The notes: generated by a model not told the origin, from the letters alone. A stretch of 64,000 nucleotides of DNA from the human T2T-CHM13v2.0 reference genome, Homo sapiens (GCF_009914755.1 NC_060948.1), one strand, 5' to 3'; numbered from the stretch's first letter, positions 30,821 through 45,263 are shown. Numbers and translations are program-made.

Positions 30821-32480
30821 TCTTCATTTATTAGTTTCAGTGATTCTATTTATATATTTATTATTTCCTTTTGTGATTTTATGTTGTGCTTAATTTGCTC
30901 TTCTTTTGCTGACTTCTTAAAAAGAAAGAACCTCTATTTTAAATCTTTAAAAGAATCAAACGCCTGTAAAGCTGTAAATATCCCCCAGGGTACTGCTTTA
31001 GCTGCATCCCACACACTTTAATAAGTTAAATGCTGACAGCTTCTTAAGTTTTTGTCCATGACCCTTGAGCTATTTACAAACATTTTCCTTCAATTGTCAA
31101 ATATTCAAAAATTTTCTATATATTTATTTTTATTGGTATTTAACTTAATTGTTTTTTAATCAATGAATATGCCTGATAAGGTTTTGAACTTTTAAAATGT
31201 ATTATTATTTATTTTGTGGCCCAGAATATAATCTGTCTTTGTGAATGCTTAATGTGCATTTGATGATCAGATACATTCTACAATTTGGGATGAATGTTCT
31301 GCAGATGTCGACTATTTCAAGTTTTTTGATAAGATTACATAAGACATTTCTATCTTCACTGATGTTATGTTTGTTACATCATTTACTGAGAAAGGAGAAC
31401 TACAATCTAACCCTGTAATTTTGAATTGGACTGTTTTCAACTCTATTTCATGTTAGAATTGTACTCTATTTTTGAATACCTATTATTGTTTTCATACATG
31501 TTTCTTATTTACATACTTTACTGATGCATTGATTCCTTTCTCATTAGAGAATATCCTATTTTGTATTTGGGTTCCCTATTTTGTTTTTTTGTGGTCTACT
31601 TTGTCAGATTTTAATATAGCTACCTCAGATTTATTAGGCCTAAAGTTTGCACAGTGTATCTTGCCAATCAACTTATTTAGAACCTAATGGATTCTAACCA
31701 TTAATACATGTCTCTTGTAAATAACATGTTGTTAGATTTTTATTTTTATCCAGTCTATTTATTACATCCATATATTAAGGTGTTTAGGTCATTTATATTT
31801 TTTACCTAATTTACTGAGGCATAATACATACAGTGAACTGCAACCATTTAAAATACATGGCTTAATGAGTGTGGAAAGACACATTTGCATAACCACATTT
31901 TCACTGCAATAAAAATAGAGAACATTTCTATAATTTCAAAACATTCCCTCATTCCCTTTTCCAGCCAAACCCCATCTTTTCCTGGGGCCCCTGGACATCA
32001 ATGATCTGTTTTTGGACAATGTAAATTGAAAAGCGCTTTCCAGAATATCAAATATATGGAATCATACAAAATGTATCAGTGTGTGTTTATCTTCCTTGGC
32101 TCAATATATTGTTTTGAAGCTTTCATGCCTCTGCACAGATTAATGTGTTATTCCTTTCTAAAAATAAGCCCTGATATGATTGCAGGTATATATTACATTT
32201 TTAATCTATTTGCATTTTGTTGGACATCTGTCTTCTTCTCAGTTTAAGCTGATTTAGATGTACTTTAATAAATATTTGTGAGCTTTTATGTTTTCATTTT
32301 CCTTGAGTAAGTATCAAGAAATAGAATTGCTGGGTTGTATGGTAAATTAATTTTAAAATTTATGCATACTTTCATTCTGTTCCAACCAGCAATAATATTA
32401 ATTGGCAATCTCTGGATTGGATTCTTCCAATCAAGAAAGTATGGTAAATCTTTCAGTCTTAATATTTGCAGATTTTAGAA
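30820..32480 (-). mobile_element. Old L1M/L1ME fragments
   Basis: tactgctttagctgcatcccaca, tgtggcccagaatataatct, gtctcttgtaaataacat, aatagaattgctgggttgtatggtaa; at least two pieces. Confidence 0.7.
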
Positions 32481-32504
32481 ATATTTTTGTTTTATATCTC
32501 CTTT

Positions 32505-32735
32505 TTTCTAACATCTATTTATTATTCACCCATGTAACTATTACCTATGCATTTCTCACTTATCTCTATCTCTGTCAAATATCAATCTATATGGCTTCTA
32601 TTATCTTTCTATCATCCTACTTATATCTATCTGTCATCTATTATCTACCATCTGTCTTTCTATCATCCTATCTCTCTCTCTCTCTATGCATCCATCATGC
32701 ATCTATCTATGTATCTATTATCTATCTACCTAATC
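32505..32735. repeat. Degenerate (TCTA)n/(TCAT)n tract
   Basis: tatctatctgtcatctattatctaccatct... Confidence 0.85.
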
Positions 32736-34155
32736 TTTAACCCACTTCACTTGTAATGGCTTTGTTTCTACTTTCTTACAGTTATTTTCTCAAAAACTCA
32801 GGTATTTCAAAATACAGATTGATGTCTAAATAAATTATATCCTAGGATTTAAAACCATCAGCTCTCATCACCATTGCTTTCACACTGCTGATCCAATTAG
32901 AAAATAACGACCTTCTTTCTGAAAATTTAATCTCACAGTTTGACCCTTACACATAATGCAAGATGTCAACATTTCACTTCTGCTAATTCTTCAAAACCTG
33001 TATTTGAGTTCTAATGTCCAAGTCCATTTTTCAGTTATATCTTAATTTTTAACATTGCATCTACTCTTACATTACCTTTATCTAAAATTTCAGAATTAAT
33101 CTCTGTCATCTAGATTCCATCATCTTTCCGAATTCTTAGAATCCTCACTTCATCAATTTTTCTTCAAATTTTTTTCCTTAAATCATGTCTACTTTCAGGC
33201 CTCTCACAACTTAAAAAGGACAAAATGGTACACTATCAACAATTTACTTTTTCTGGCATGAAGCTTATATTTGATAATTCTCCTTACTTTTCTTAACAGC
33301 TTATCTTTTGGAGTTGAAACATCTCCTGTCTCAACTTCCTCATTGCTCAATTCACTCCTTAGCCATCCTTAAAAACACGCCTGTTCACCCGTCTTAAAAG
33401 TGAAGCATCTCTTGCCAAAATCACAGATGGTTGCATTCCATGCTCCAAATCATACTCTTGCCTTATCATTTCCAATCACTGTAAAATATTCTAGATATTC
33501 TCCATCTCTTTGCAAGGCATACCTCTGTGGTGACTGTCTTGACTCTGCTCACTGTGTGCAAATGTTTATGGCATACCCTGGCTCAAACTGAGTCTCCTGA
33601 GTTATCTCTGGCTATGCTAATGAGATCTGTTTTCTTGAATTCTCATGCCAAAGAACACATTCCTCCATCTCTGCCTGACAAACCATCAATCCACTTCCTG
33701 GCTAATCCCTTGTCATCCTCATGGAGTCAGGTCAGATGAAATCTCTTTCACAAATATCCCCTTATACTTTTTCTGTGAGTTAGTGTCCTAACTAACTAGG
33801 ATCATGCCTAAAAATATATCAGTATTGTAATCAAATGTTTATTTATTTTTTTCCAGCACATGATTATAATCCTTGAGGAAAAAAACACTGAAAATGTTAG
33901 ATTTCTTACCTGGGCTTTTCCACTCAGAAGTGGACTTTATCTGGTATAAGCACTCATATTTTGTTTAAAATTGGATGATATTAATTAGCTATGCCTTTTA
34001 CCTGGAACAAAACTATGCATTATAATTACAATTGTGAATCAGGAAAATGAAATAGAGGAACTTCACATTATTGGACCTGAGTTGGTAAACCACACCAAAC
34101 TTTGGAGTATTGGGCATGGAAAATGGACCCAGATAGTTCCCATAAAAGTGAAATT

Positions 34156-34680
34156 TGGGTGCGTGTGTGGGTCACACCTGTCATCCCACCACTTTGAGAT
34201 GCCAAGACAGGGGAACTCTTAAGGCTAGGCATTCAAGATCAGCCTGGGCAACATAGTGAGACTGTGTGTCTATAATCAATCAATCAATCAGTCAATCAAT
34301 CTGAGCATGGTGGTGCACCTGTAGTTCCAGGTACTCAGGAGGCTGAGGGGGAAGGATCACTTGAACTGCCCAGCAGTTCAAGACTGCAATGAATTCTGAC
34401 CATTCCACTGAATTTCTTCCTGGGTGACAGAGAGAGACCAGCTTCCTTAATATCAGTCATTCACAACAAGCCTGGGCAACATAGTGAAACCCTGTCTCTA
34501 TAAAAAGTAAAAAATTATTGGAGCATGGCAGTGCAACTGTAGTCCCAGATACTCAGGAGACTAAGATGGGAGGACAAATTATGCCCAGCAATTCAAGTCT
34601 GCAGTGAGCTATGATTGTGCCACTGCACTTCAACCTGAATGACAGGGTGAGTCCAGATCTCTTACAAAAATATCTAAAAA
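34156..34680 (+). mobile_element. AluJ with internal duplication (dimer plus second partial copy); (TCAA)n linker
   Basis: Alu 34156-34445 followed by Alu piece 34465-34680; flanking aaaagtgaaatt (34144-34155) / aaaactgaaatt (34677-34688). Confidence 0.85.
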
Positions 34681-34862
34681 CTGAAATTCAATGAGCACAG
34701 TGAAAGCTAGCCCAATTCTGCAAATGGTCTCATTTTCTATGAACTATTCTATCCCTAATTCACACTGAAAAAATATTGACTGCCAAGATGACCAGAAAAT
34801 TGTCAAAATATCCAGTTAAATTTTGGTCTTTAAATTACAACTTCCATCAATTTCATAAAGAG

Positions 34863-35216
34863 TTATCTATTATTTTGTTCTCATGTTGATAATTAAGACA
34901 TATCTGAAACTGGGTGATTTATAAAGGAAAGAAGTTTATTTGACTCACAGCTCAGTATGTCTGAAAAGTTACAACCATGGCAGAAGCAGCAGCAAACACG
35001 TCCTTCCTCACATAGTGGCAAGAAGAAGAAGTGCAGAAAAAGCCCTGTAAATAAACATCAGATCTGATGAGAACTCACTCACTATCATAAGAACACCATA
35101 GGGGTAACCACCCCATGATTCAATTACCTCCCACTGTGTCCCTCCCATGACATATGGGGATTATGAGAGTGACAGTTCAAGATGAGATTTGGGTGGAACA
35201 TAGACAAACAATATCA
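34863..35216 (-). mobile_element. THE1 (A/B-like) MaLR LTR
   Basis: tgactcacag, gagaactcactcactatcat, catgattcaattacctcccac, gatgagatttgggtgg...aatatca. Confidence 0.9.
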
Positions 35217-36489
35217 AAGGCTTTGTGAACTCTGGCTATATTGGATAATCCCAGGAATGTTAGAGTAATTACAGTAGTAATAAACCACAAGGAAAAGAGG
35301 CAAAAGAAAAAGTATTAACAACAAAGAAGACTTAATATTCTAAAGTTTAAAGAATGTACAAGTATAACTCTCTGCTTGTCTTCTTTATGACAAGGATCTC
35401 AGTTTATACAGAAAAAGAGCTAAAGTTTCTTAAAAACAATAAATCGTATAGAGGACATTTTAAAGCACGCTAAAAGGTTTGCTAAAGCAGGCCGTTTCTA
35501 TAAAAGATGAAAACAACATCAAAATACAATAAATGAAAAAGCAATGATGAGAAAAGAGCACAATGTGGACCATCAGCTGAGAAACCTAGTAAAGAGTAAG
35601 GAGCTGCAATCATAGAGATAAAGATGATAAAGAACAGGAAGAAAGAAGAAAATCTGTAGGGAAAACATGAAGAAAGACAGAAAGCATCAGTGTAGAAAAA
35701 AATCAATGCAATACAATTTAAAGACATAAAAAAGAATTGGTGTCTAGACAACAGAACTATGCCACCAATCAAACATTACTGATGAAATTTGGACAAACAT
35801 GTCCAAAATAACTTAACAGCTGAAATCCATCCCTGAAAAGACTCTAGTTATGTCAGCGATACCTAATCAGCCATAATTAAGAAAAAAATAAATAAACTAG
35901 GGCGGAAGTATCCTTGTCAAAAAGGTTAGGGTGATTCGTACTCCTTCGGGTTTTTAGACTGGCTTCAGTTTTGTTCTGTGGTAATATCCACCACCAAATA
36001 AAAGTGAATAAAACAAATGCAAGGAATGGAGTAAGAACCAAACATTTTTGCAACCAGCCCCTGAAGTTTTTGCATGTTGCATGCATCTCAATATTTTGCA
36101 TCTTTAGCCCTATTGGGTGTAGAAATAACAGGAAAATATTATTCAATCTAAAGCAAAAATAAACAAAAAACATAACATAATCATGACATTTTATTGTGGA
36201 CCTTTCTAGAGGACAAATTTAAGGAAAATATTAATGGTCAAAGGGAACGCATATAAAAACATGTGATTAAAGATTAGAAATAGACCTTCTGTATAATTTA
36301 AACATACCATTTATATGAAGAAACACTTTTTTCAGTTGCAAGAATTCTTTGAGGTATAGTCTTAGTGAGCTCCCTCAGAATATATTTATTGCATTGCCAT
36401 TGAGACTGAGTCAATGGAACTTCATGTCCTATTCCTTGTTTGCTGGTGTTAGAAAAGCAAAATGATAAAAAGAAGCACTGAAGTGTGTA

Positions 36490-37215
<726 letters not shown>

Positions 37216-37892
37216 GAAGCATTGCACTTTAATATTTAAACTACATACTAATTTAAATGTATACTCCACCTCCATATTTCTGCCACAAATGTAACACCCA
37301 AGATTGAGAAATATTCTAAAGAAAAAGGAAAGACATAAAGCAATGTAATTTTATCCCATACTATTTCTATAACCCCTTTAATAACAACAAATCCAAAAGT
37401 TATAAAAATCGACACGCCAAGTCACAATGGATTTATGATGCAGCGCCCTCTATAGGCAAGAGAGGCTTGTACTTAGTTTGCTAGGGAAGATTCCAAAATA
37501 AGCCTCCAAAAACCTGAATGCATGTTTCCATTTCTCTGAAAAACTAAGATTACAGTCTTGGAAGCCTGGGAAATCACAGGGCAAGGTGATCTGGAAACAC
37601 CAAGAAGCTAAGAGGGACATTGGTCATCTGGGAGAGGCCTTGTGCTATATCACCAGCATTAGGATGGTATTTCAGCATCCACAACCCAGTCTGAAGGCTG
37701 AGGAAGACTGCCTTGAAGGGTACTGAAGGCATGGCAACCACAATTGATCGCCAGGGTGAAATGTGTGCTCTCAGCCACACAAAACTGGAATCATGAAAAT
37801 ACTCAGTGGAGGTGTATTCCAGCAAAGGGGGATACTGTATTGCTTGAGAAGACATTCAAGAGTATAAAATGAAATGGAATGTTCAACTGACC

Positions 37893-38425
37893 CGTTACCG
37901 GAGAGGGTCCAGATCCAGAACCAGAGGGACAGTAAGAAAGAATTCAGGGCGAGTCTATAGAGTCACGTGAAAACAAGTTTGTTAAGAAAGTAAACAAATA
38001 AAGAATGAGTACTACATAGACAGAATAGCCCCAAGGGCTGATGGTTGCCCATTTTTATGGTTATTTCTTGATTATATGCTAAAAAGAAAAGGGTGGATTA
38101 TTTATGCCTCATCTTTTTGGACCATGTATAGTAACTTCATGACATTTTCATGACATCTGTAAACTGTCATGGTGCTGGTGGGACTGCCTTTTAGCATGCT
38201 AATGCATTTTAATTAGCAAGTAATCTGCCATGAGGAGGATCAGGATTTGGCCGGCTTTTTCTTGCAAACTCTTTTATCAGCAAGGTCTTTATGACCTGTA
38301 TCTTGTGCTGACCACCTATTCATCCCATGACTTAGAATGCCTAACTGTCTGGGAATGCAGCCTAATATGTCTTAGCCTTATTTTACCCAGTGCCTATTCA
38401 AGATGGAGTCACTCTGGAACACACA
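37893..38425 (-). mobile_element. ERV1 LTR (MER51-like)
   Basis: gttaccggagagggtccagatccaga...gaaagaattcagggcgagtc...cccatttttatggttatttcttgattatatgctaaa...ctattcaagatggagt. Confidence 0.88.
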
Positions 38426-39085
38426 AGCACTTCTACAAAATCAGTAGGCAAATAGCTTGTTTGATTAATCTCACCATTCCAAAATGAGAACTGTTCTTAA
38501 AAGGGCCATTGCCAGTTCCATGAGAGAAAAATGGAAGATTCCAGAAAAATGCAGATGAGAAAACTACTTGTAAAAAAGGAGATGGTGCAAGGAGATGGAG
38601 TTCACCAAATTGTTCTCCAGAGACTCACATAAAATACAATGGACATTATCTTTAAATAATTAAACAAGATGTGAATGGTTTCAAAGAAAAATTCTAAAAG
38701 GCCAGAAAAGGGTACAAACTGAGATGAGAGAGGTCAATAAATAAATAGCAGCAATGTTAAAATATAGGAAAGCAAGTAACAAAGAGACATGGGGGAACAC
38801 AAGATAAAACCCTTTATATACATGAGGGAGATTCAAGAGTGAAGCCCACAAAATTAACTACAAACTAAGACAAAAGTCATTTTAGGATTAAAAAATGGTG
38901 GAACATTTTATTGCTGTAGAAATAATTACAACAATTGTAAAATGCACAGTATGAAATTACTGAAAGACAAGACTTTAAAAATGACCAAAATATATTTGGA
39001 TGTTAACCACCACTCTATTCTCTATTTCTATGAATATTTTAGATTGAACATATATATGAGATCATTCAATATTTATCTCTCTGTG

Positions 39086-40226
39086 TGTGAAAAGTAAAGT
39101 AGAGTTTCCTTTTCAAAGACTTTTCTCCCCATCTAATTAGAAATAAATGGCAACTCCTCTTAGAAGCAAAATTTATTCAAAGACCTGTGCTAACATTCTT
39201 AAATATCTGCTAGCTATAATAAAGAAATCAATGTACTTTACATTCTGAGCTCCCACAATTTATCCTAAATATTTGTCCTGGCATGCTTATACCAGTCCAA
39301 ATGTTGGGGGAAAGGCTTATGGGGTACCTGTATAAACTGGCCATTAAAATGTGGGACAATAAGTTGTGGAAAGCCACAAGAGACCTCTGACGAGGAAAGC
39401 CTTCTTATCGTCATTATGTTCCCATGCTCTGAGTGAGACTTGCTCTGTTATCCATAAACACTGTGTTCAAGGAGAAGGACACTCCTTAGAAGCATTGGAA
39501 TGTGACCAGACATGCAAGCTCCTAGTTAAGCCTGCTCCTACTAGCTGCTTTCCAATAAGTTAAAAGATACGCTGTTGAGCACAAAGGAGATTCATTTAAA
39601 CTGCCACTGCTATAGATTACGCGTATGATGCACTGCCTTTCACCAATTTGCCTTGAACATCTGCTTATTAAATCTAAGTGATTATACTCAAATAATGTGG
39701 AGACCAGAACTCTGAGCCTTTTGCAGCCTCCATTCTGAAAGTAGCTCCCTGGCTACTTTATGCCCTCTTAACCTGTCTCTTCCCATTCTTTTGTTGCCAC
39801 CAGACTTTGGGTACCCTACGGATGGTGTTGAGGCTGGTCTCCAACAGTCCAAGCCAGCATTAGGTCAAAGCCTATTCCTCTTCCTTATCTGAAGATGTTT
39901 TTACCTTTCTCAGCATTCCACAAGTTACTTCCTTCTTCCTTTGTTCTCCTCTGCTTTTGCCTCTTTTAAAACTTTCTAAGTTGCTAGCAAATCAAAACAA
40001 ATACAGAATGAGGTCCCGTTCCAGCCAATGGAAACTGGACACAGCAGTAGGGTGGACGCACCAGGTTATAAATGACCCCGTCTCCTTTGTTCAGTGTAAT
40101 CTCATGGCAAAACTGCTGGCGAGTGTAGCCTTTCTGCAGAAAGTTTAAAAATGGCCTTACTAAGGAAATTAAATTTATATTCAAGTGTTATTTTTTTACT
40201 GCACTGAGGAACGAGCATTTCAAACA
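39086..40226 (-). mobile_element. Solo LTR6A-like LTR, split by a nested LTR
   Basis: tgtgaaaagtaaagtagag ... gagcatttcaaaca; the two halves are contiguous across the gtccaa duplication. Confidence 0.8.
39302..39846 (+). mobile_element. Solo ERVK-class LTR (LTR14-like) with 6-7-bp TSD
   Basis: Ends tgttggggg...ctccaaca; TSD gtccaa(a) 39295-39301 / gtccaa(g) 39847-39853; family name from memory. Confidence 0.8.
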
Positions 40227-40847
40227 AGTGCCATAAATATGTGCCATTACTGTTTCACAATAAAAACAAAAAGTAAATTTGAAAATATTAAGACGGGCAT
40301 TCAAGATAAAAATTTCAACTTTCCTACGAAATTATGAAAGAAATTACTCTCACATTTCTTTACAGTGACTTCATTAGTATGTGGCGTTGAGGAAATGTCT
40401 ATGAATTCCAGCAAAAAGGAATAATTATCCAAGACTTTTTTCCTGTCATAAACATGCTAAATTGTCCATCAACAGACTAAAATTTACAATCTAGCAAAAA
40501 CTTAGTATTCCAGTACTCGTGCAATTTACAGTAAAATTCACTTAACACAATCTAAGCAAGAGGCTGATGTGAGAAATAGGAAAGCAGAAGCTTTCATAAA
40601 TTATTATTACAGAGTCATCCACCTGAACAAACAACAGAAATAAATTCCCATAGATGTATGAAATATTTTAAATCTTAGAAATGAACATGTAAAATAATAT
40701 TACAAACGACAGTCATACTAAAGTTTATAGGGAATTATGACAGTTTCATCATCTTTAAGAACAGAAGTCCCTCATAAATCATAATTTAAATAATCAGTTA
40801 AATATGCAAAATTTTTCAAATGTAGATACATATATGTGTATATATAT

Positions 40848-41655
40848 ATTTTAAACTCTTATTTTAAGTATACATGTGTGTATATGTTACATAGGTAAAC
40901 TTGTGTCATGAGGATTTGTTGTATAGATTATTTCATTTTATCACCCAGGTATTAAGGCTTGTATCCATTAGTTATTTTTCTTGATCCTCTCCCTCCTCCC
41001 ACCCTCACCTTCCTATAGTCCCAAGTGTGTGTTATTTCCCTCTATGTGTCCATATGTTCTCATCATTTAACTCTCATTTCTGAGTATGAACATATGATAT
41101 TTGGTTTTCTGTTCTTCTCGCATAGTTTGCTAAAGATAATGGCCTCTAGCTCTATCCAGATTTGTGAAAAGGACATAATCTTGTTTTTTTTTTTCCTATA
41201 GCTACATAATATTCTATGGTGTATATATATCACATTTTCTTTATCCAGTATACACACCGATGGACATTTAGCTTTATTCCATGTCTTTGCTATTGTCAAT
41301 ACTGCTGCAATGAACATATGCATGCATGTGTCTTTATAATAGAATGATATCTATTTCACTGGGTACATACCCAATAATGGGATTGCTGTGTCAAGTAGTA
41401 TTTCTGCCTCTAGATCTTTAAGAAATCATCACATTGTCTTCCACAATGGTTGAACTAATTTACACTCCCACCAACGGGTAAAAGTATTTCTTTTTCTCTA
41501 CGATGTCATCAGCATCTGTTTTTTTTTTTTTGGCTTTTTGCTAACTCATTCTGACTGGTATCAGGTGTTATGCCATTTTGGTTTTGACTTGCATTACTCA
41601 AATATTCAGTAATGTCGACCTTTTTTCATATGATTGCTGGCCATGTGTATATTTT
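40848..41655 (-). mobile_element. L1PA13-16-like 3' end
   Basis: gttacataggtaaacttgtgtcatg, tcacccaggtattaag, tcttccacaatggttgaactaatttacactcccacc. Confidence 0.9.
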
Positions 41656-41899
41656 TAAAACAAAATGAGAGTCAACGTTTAGAAGGAATAAGTACAAGTT
41701 ACTAAAAACATAACTTTATTTTAAATTTAGAGATCTCTTTAATTTTACATCATAACAAATTTTTTTGTTATAACAAAGTTATTTTCATCTATTAATAAAC
41801 TTATTAAGCTTTATTTGAAATGCCTGTTTGGTATCAGACAGTCTGCAATGTTTTTATATGGGCAAGTTACTCATAGGTCACTTAGCTTAACCATCCATT

Positions 41900-42066
41900 T
41901 CTCTCTCTCTGTTTCTGTCTCTGTGTGTGTGTATACACACATGCATATATGTGTATGTATATATATATAAAGGTATATGTACACACAACACACATATATG
42001 TATATAAAAGTGTTTCTGTTTTTATAGACATATATATATATATATATATAGAAATGTGTGTGTGTT
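41900..42066. repeat. Mixed (TC)/(TG)/(TA) microsatellite
   Basis: Read directly from the sequence. Confidence 0.85.
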
Positions 42067-43104
42067 TACAGAAACAGAGAACTCAAAGATCAATATATTA
42101 TTCTATATCTGATAAACAGTAGCCAAGTTATTTGAAGTAATCTTTACATTTCACTTGCAAAAAAAAGTAACATGTCCTATTTGTAAAAGTGGTTTTGGCT
42201 TTGGTTCTTATATAGCAACTCAAAGACATTTTAATGATTACTTTTCTTCAAAATAGTATCTTCCTTAAGTAAAATGCATTTTCATGGAAAATGTCTACAG
42301 AATTTGGATATGTCAGAAAAATTAGTTTACTGCAGAAAAGTCATCATAATGTTAATGTCATTTCAGTTTGGAAATAAAAATTTAAAACTTTCCATTACTT
42401 TTAAAATTGATTTTCGCTCAGAGGAAATAAAATAAAAACAGTGTTTTATGGAAACCCAATTAAAATATTAAGTCAGTTGTAGAAACACAGCTAAAGTACG
42501 GAATGCCTTATTCACTCATAGCTACAACTAAAACGTTTCTGCACTTAGAAATCTACATCAGGGTATTACAATATAAGTGTATCATGTTAGTTCTTAAAGC
42601 TTAGAATCTTAAGCTTCTTATTTATCACTAGTTCTCCTAGAGATACACATATTTCCAAAACAGTACAATCTTTAGGGATGATGCCCACAGATGTATTTTT
42701 GCAAACTATGCATCCTCAGTGCTAAGAATGTTCATTTGTATTGAATGAGCCAATGAAAGTTCTCATCTTTGTTCCACTTGAAAACAAACATTCCATGATC
42801 CACACTCTTTGTCATCTGTCTTCTTTGGTAGGATCTCCAAAATACTTGGCATTCTGAGGGACTAGATAACAGCAAATCTTATGTGGACTATCCTAGAGTG
42901 AACACTCAGACCTATAACCTGGCAGTCAGTCATACCTGCACAATTCTCTCTTTGAGTTCGTGAAGTTCATGAGAAGTTCTGTGAAGTCTAAAAATATGTA
43001 TGTATTTTTTTTTGCAGGAATGCTAATGTCATCTTTTATTTGCTATGGTACAAACCACTGATGGCCAACCCAGTGAGTGTGTCTATATGCAACAGTTTTA
43101 CAAA

Positions 43105-43850
43105 GCAGCTGCAAATTATTTGACATTAATCACATCCAAAATTAAAAGATAATATCAAGGTATCTCTTGTACATCGTGGTGACTATAGTTAATAATAATG
43201 TAGTATGTACTTGAAAATCATTAAAAACAGTAGATTTGAAGTGTTCTCACCACAAAAAAAAAAAAATGCATGTGAGGTGATGCGTATGTTAACTAGCTTA
43301 TTTAGCCATTACACGGTGAATACGTAGTTGAAAACATCATGTTATACAAGATAAATATATATAATTTTTCTCAATTGAAAATTATTAATTAATTATTTTA
43401 AAGTCGAGGGTGTAAATTTTATCCGCTTGAATCAGGAATGAATTGTGGCTACCTGGACCAACTGAGTACATTAGAAATGATGCTTTGTGGTCATAGTAAG
43501 TCCCTTCAGCTTGCACTTTACTTCCATGGGCCACGTATTTTTATGGTGCCTTCTCTTAGCATGCAGTACCCCAGTCTTCATTTCCTGAGAAGCACAGGAT
43601 ACATGGTGAAGCCACATGTTGTTGTTCTGGTCAACCATCTCAACTGAGTCCTGTTTTAAGTTGACTCAGTCCAGGCATGCACCCAGGCATGTGAGTGAAG
43701 AAACCATCCTGAATATAGACCAAGATGGTCTGTTCTAAGTGCTGTTCCATCTTCTACCTGTTGGCCTCAGCTCCAGGAGAAACAAACCACCTGCTGTCAG
43801 CACCTTATCTATATTTCTCCCCCTAAGAAACAATTAAAGTGAGATTTTCA
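43105..43850 (+). mobile_element. Old MLT1 (G-J-like) LTR, interrupted by L1MA
   Basis: aaattatttgaca...gcttgaatcagg...tagaaatgatgct...gccacatgt...ccaggcatgtgagtgaagaa. Confidence 0.6.
43165..43385 (+). mobile_element. L1MA6-8-like extreme 3' end
   Basis: ggtgactatagttaataataatgtagtatgtacttgaaaat...gtgttctcaccacaaaaa...gtgaggtgatgcgtatgttaactagc. Confidence 0.88.
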
Positions 43851-45198
43851 TCACTGAAATTCACACAGCCACATCTATGATTCTGTCTGAAGAAATCAGC
43901 CCAGAGTTGCCAATTTGTGCCTTTTTCACCACCTTCCATCTGTACAACAACAGTGTACTTTCTCTAACCGACATAATTAGAATAATCACACACACACACA
44001 CATACACACACACTCCAAGTTGGAGCCCAACTGGGGAGTCCCTGCTTGTTGCAAATGGCCAGTGGCCCCAACATAAAGCATCACAGTCCTCAGGTCATGT
44101 TTCCTCATCAGGGAGGAAGTCACAATAGACAGTGACCCAGTACCTCCAGCAGGCGTGGGGTTTCTCCTGAAGACAAGATGACCATGAGCACAGCCAGATT
44201 CTGTGAGTGGTGATCCTGTCTCTTAGAGCCCAAGATGTTGTCTGTCTTGGTCGTTTTCATGAGTCAGTAACAGCTTAGTAGACAGATGGGAATTAAGGTG
44301 TGGATTACATTGTGATAAATTAGCTATTATCCAAAAAGAAAGAGACAGAGAGAGATTCATATTTGTAAATGAGCCCTATATCTTCATATATGACTCTGTG
44401 TGTGTTGTGTTTGCACAGCACAAAGACCTGTTTTTCTGTGAATAATAAAACAAAGTGACAAATGTATTTCTGTGACAAAATTGCTAATATCATTACACAA
44501 ATGGCTCCTTGTTTATCGTTCTTTATTACTTTTCCTTAATCTCTAATTGTACCTCTACTCCTTTTCAAAAAATTATATTTGAGTAATACACTAATAAAAG
44601 AAAATAATAAATAAAAATAAAACAATACTTTTTATTTTGTTTCAAGTACGTAATTTCAGTTGGAAAAAAATCATGTTACACTAAGGACAAGATCCTAAAC
44701 CATGCCCCAAGAGCATTGATTAAATTATGCGGTTTCTGCATATGTATGTTATGTGTCAGTATTTTTAGACAAATACTTACATTGTGAAGAGAATGCTTTG
44801 TGGATATTCGTTTTGCCAAAGCAAATCATTCTGCATGGCAACAACCTTGGATGAGGTATGTTTATAGACTATAAGAGGAAAATTATTGCCTATGATCTTT
44901 AATCTATTTTAATGTCCATTCATATTTTGGCCACTCAGCAGTATAATCAATGTGTAAGAAATAGTACACTTCAAACTCTATATTACATATTCACTTTTAC
45001 ACACACACATTCACACCTTTCAGTTAATGTTTGATCTATCTAAGCAAAACATGTCAAGTTTTTCTGTGAACTGCTCTGAAAATAAACTCAACATATTGCA
45101 TTTAGAATAGCATCTCCTTATAGTCACTTCCTAAAAGTTATTAGATCAAAATAGAGAGCCTGGAAAAATGAAAACCCCTATCTTTTATTATAGTTAAT

Positions 45199-45263
45199 TA
45201 TAAAATTTTTTAGATTTTTATCTATAAAATTTTATAGATAATTATCTATAAAAGATAATTATC
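45199..45263. repeat. Chained AT-rich palindromes (12-mer TTATCTATAAAA in alternating orientation)
   Basis: 45218-45229 forward, 45230-45241 reverse complement, 45242-45253 forward, then the palindrome GATAATTATC. Confidence 0.9.
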
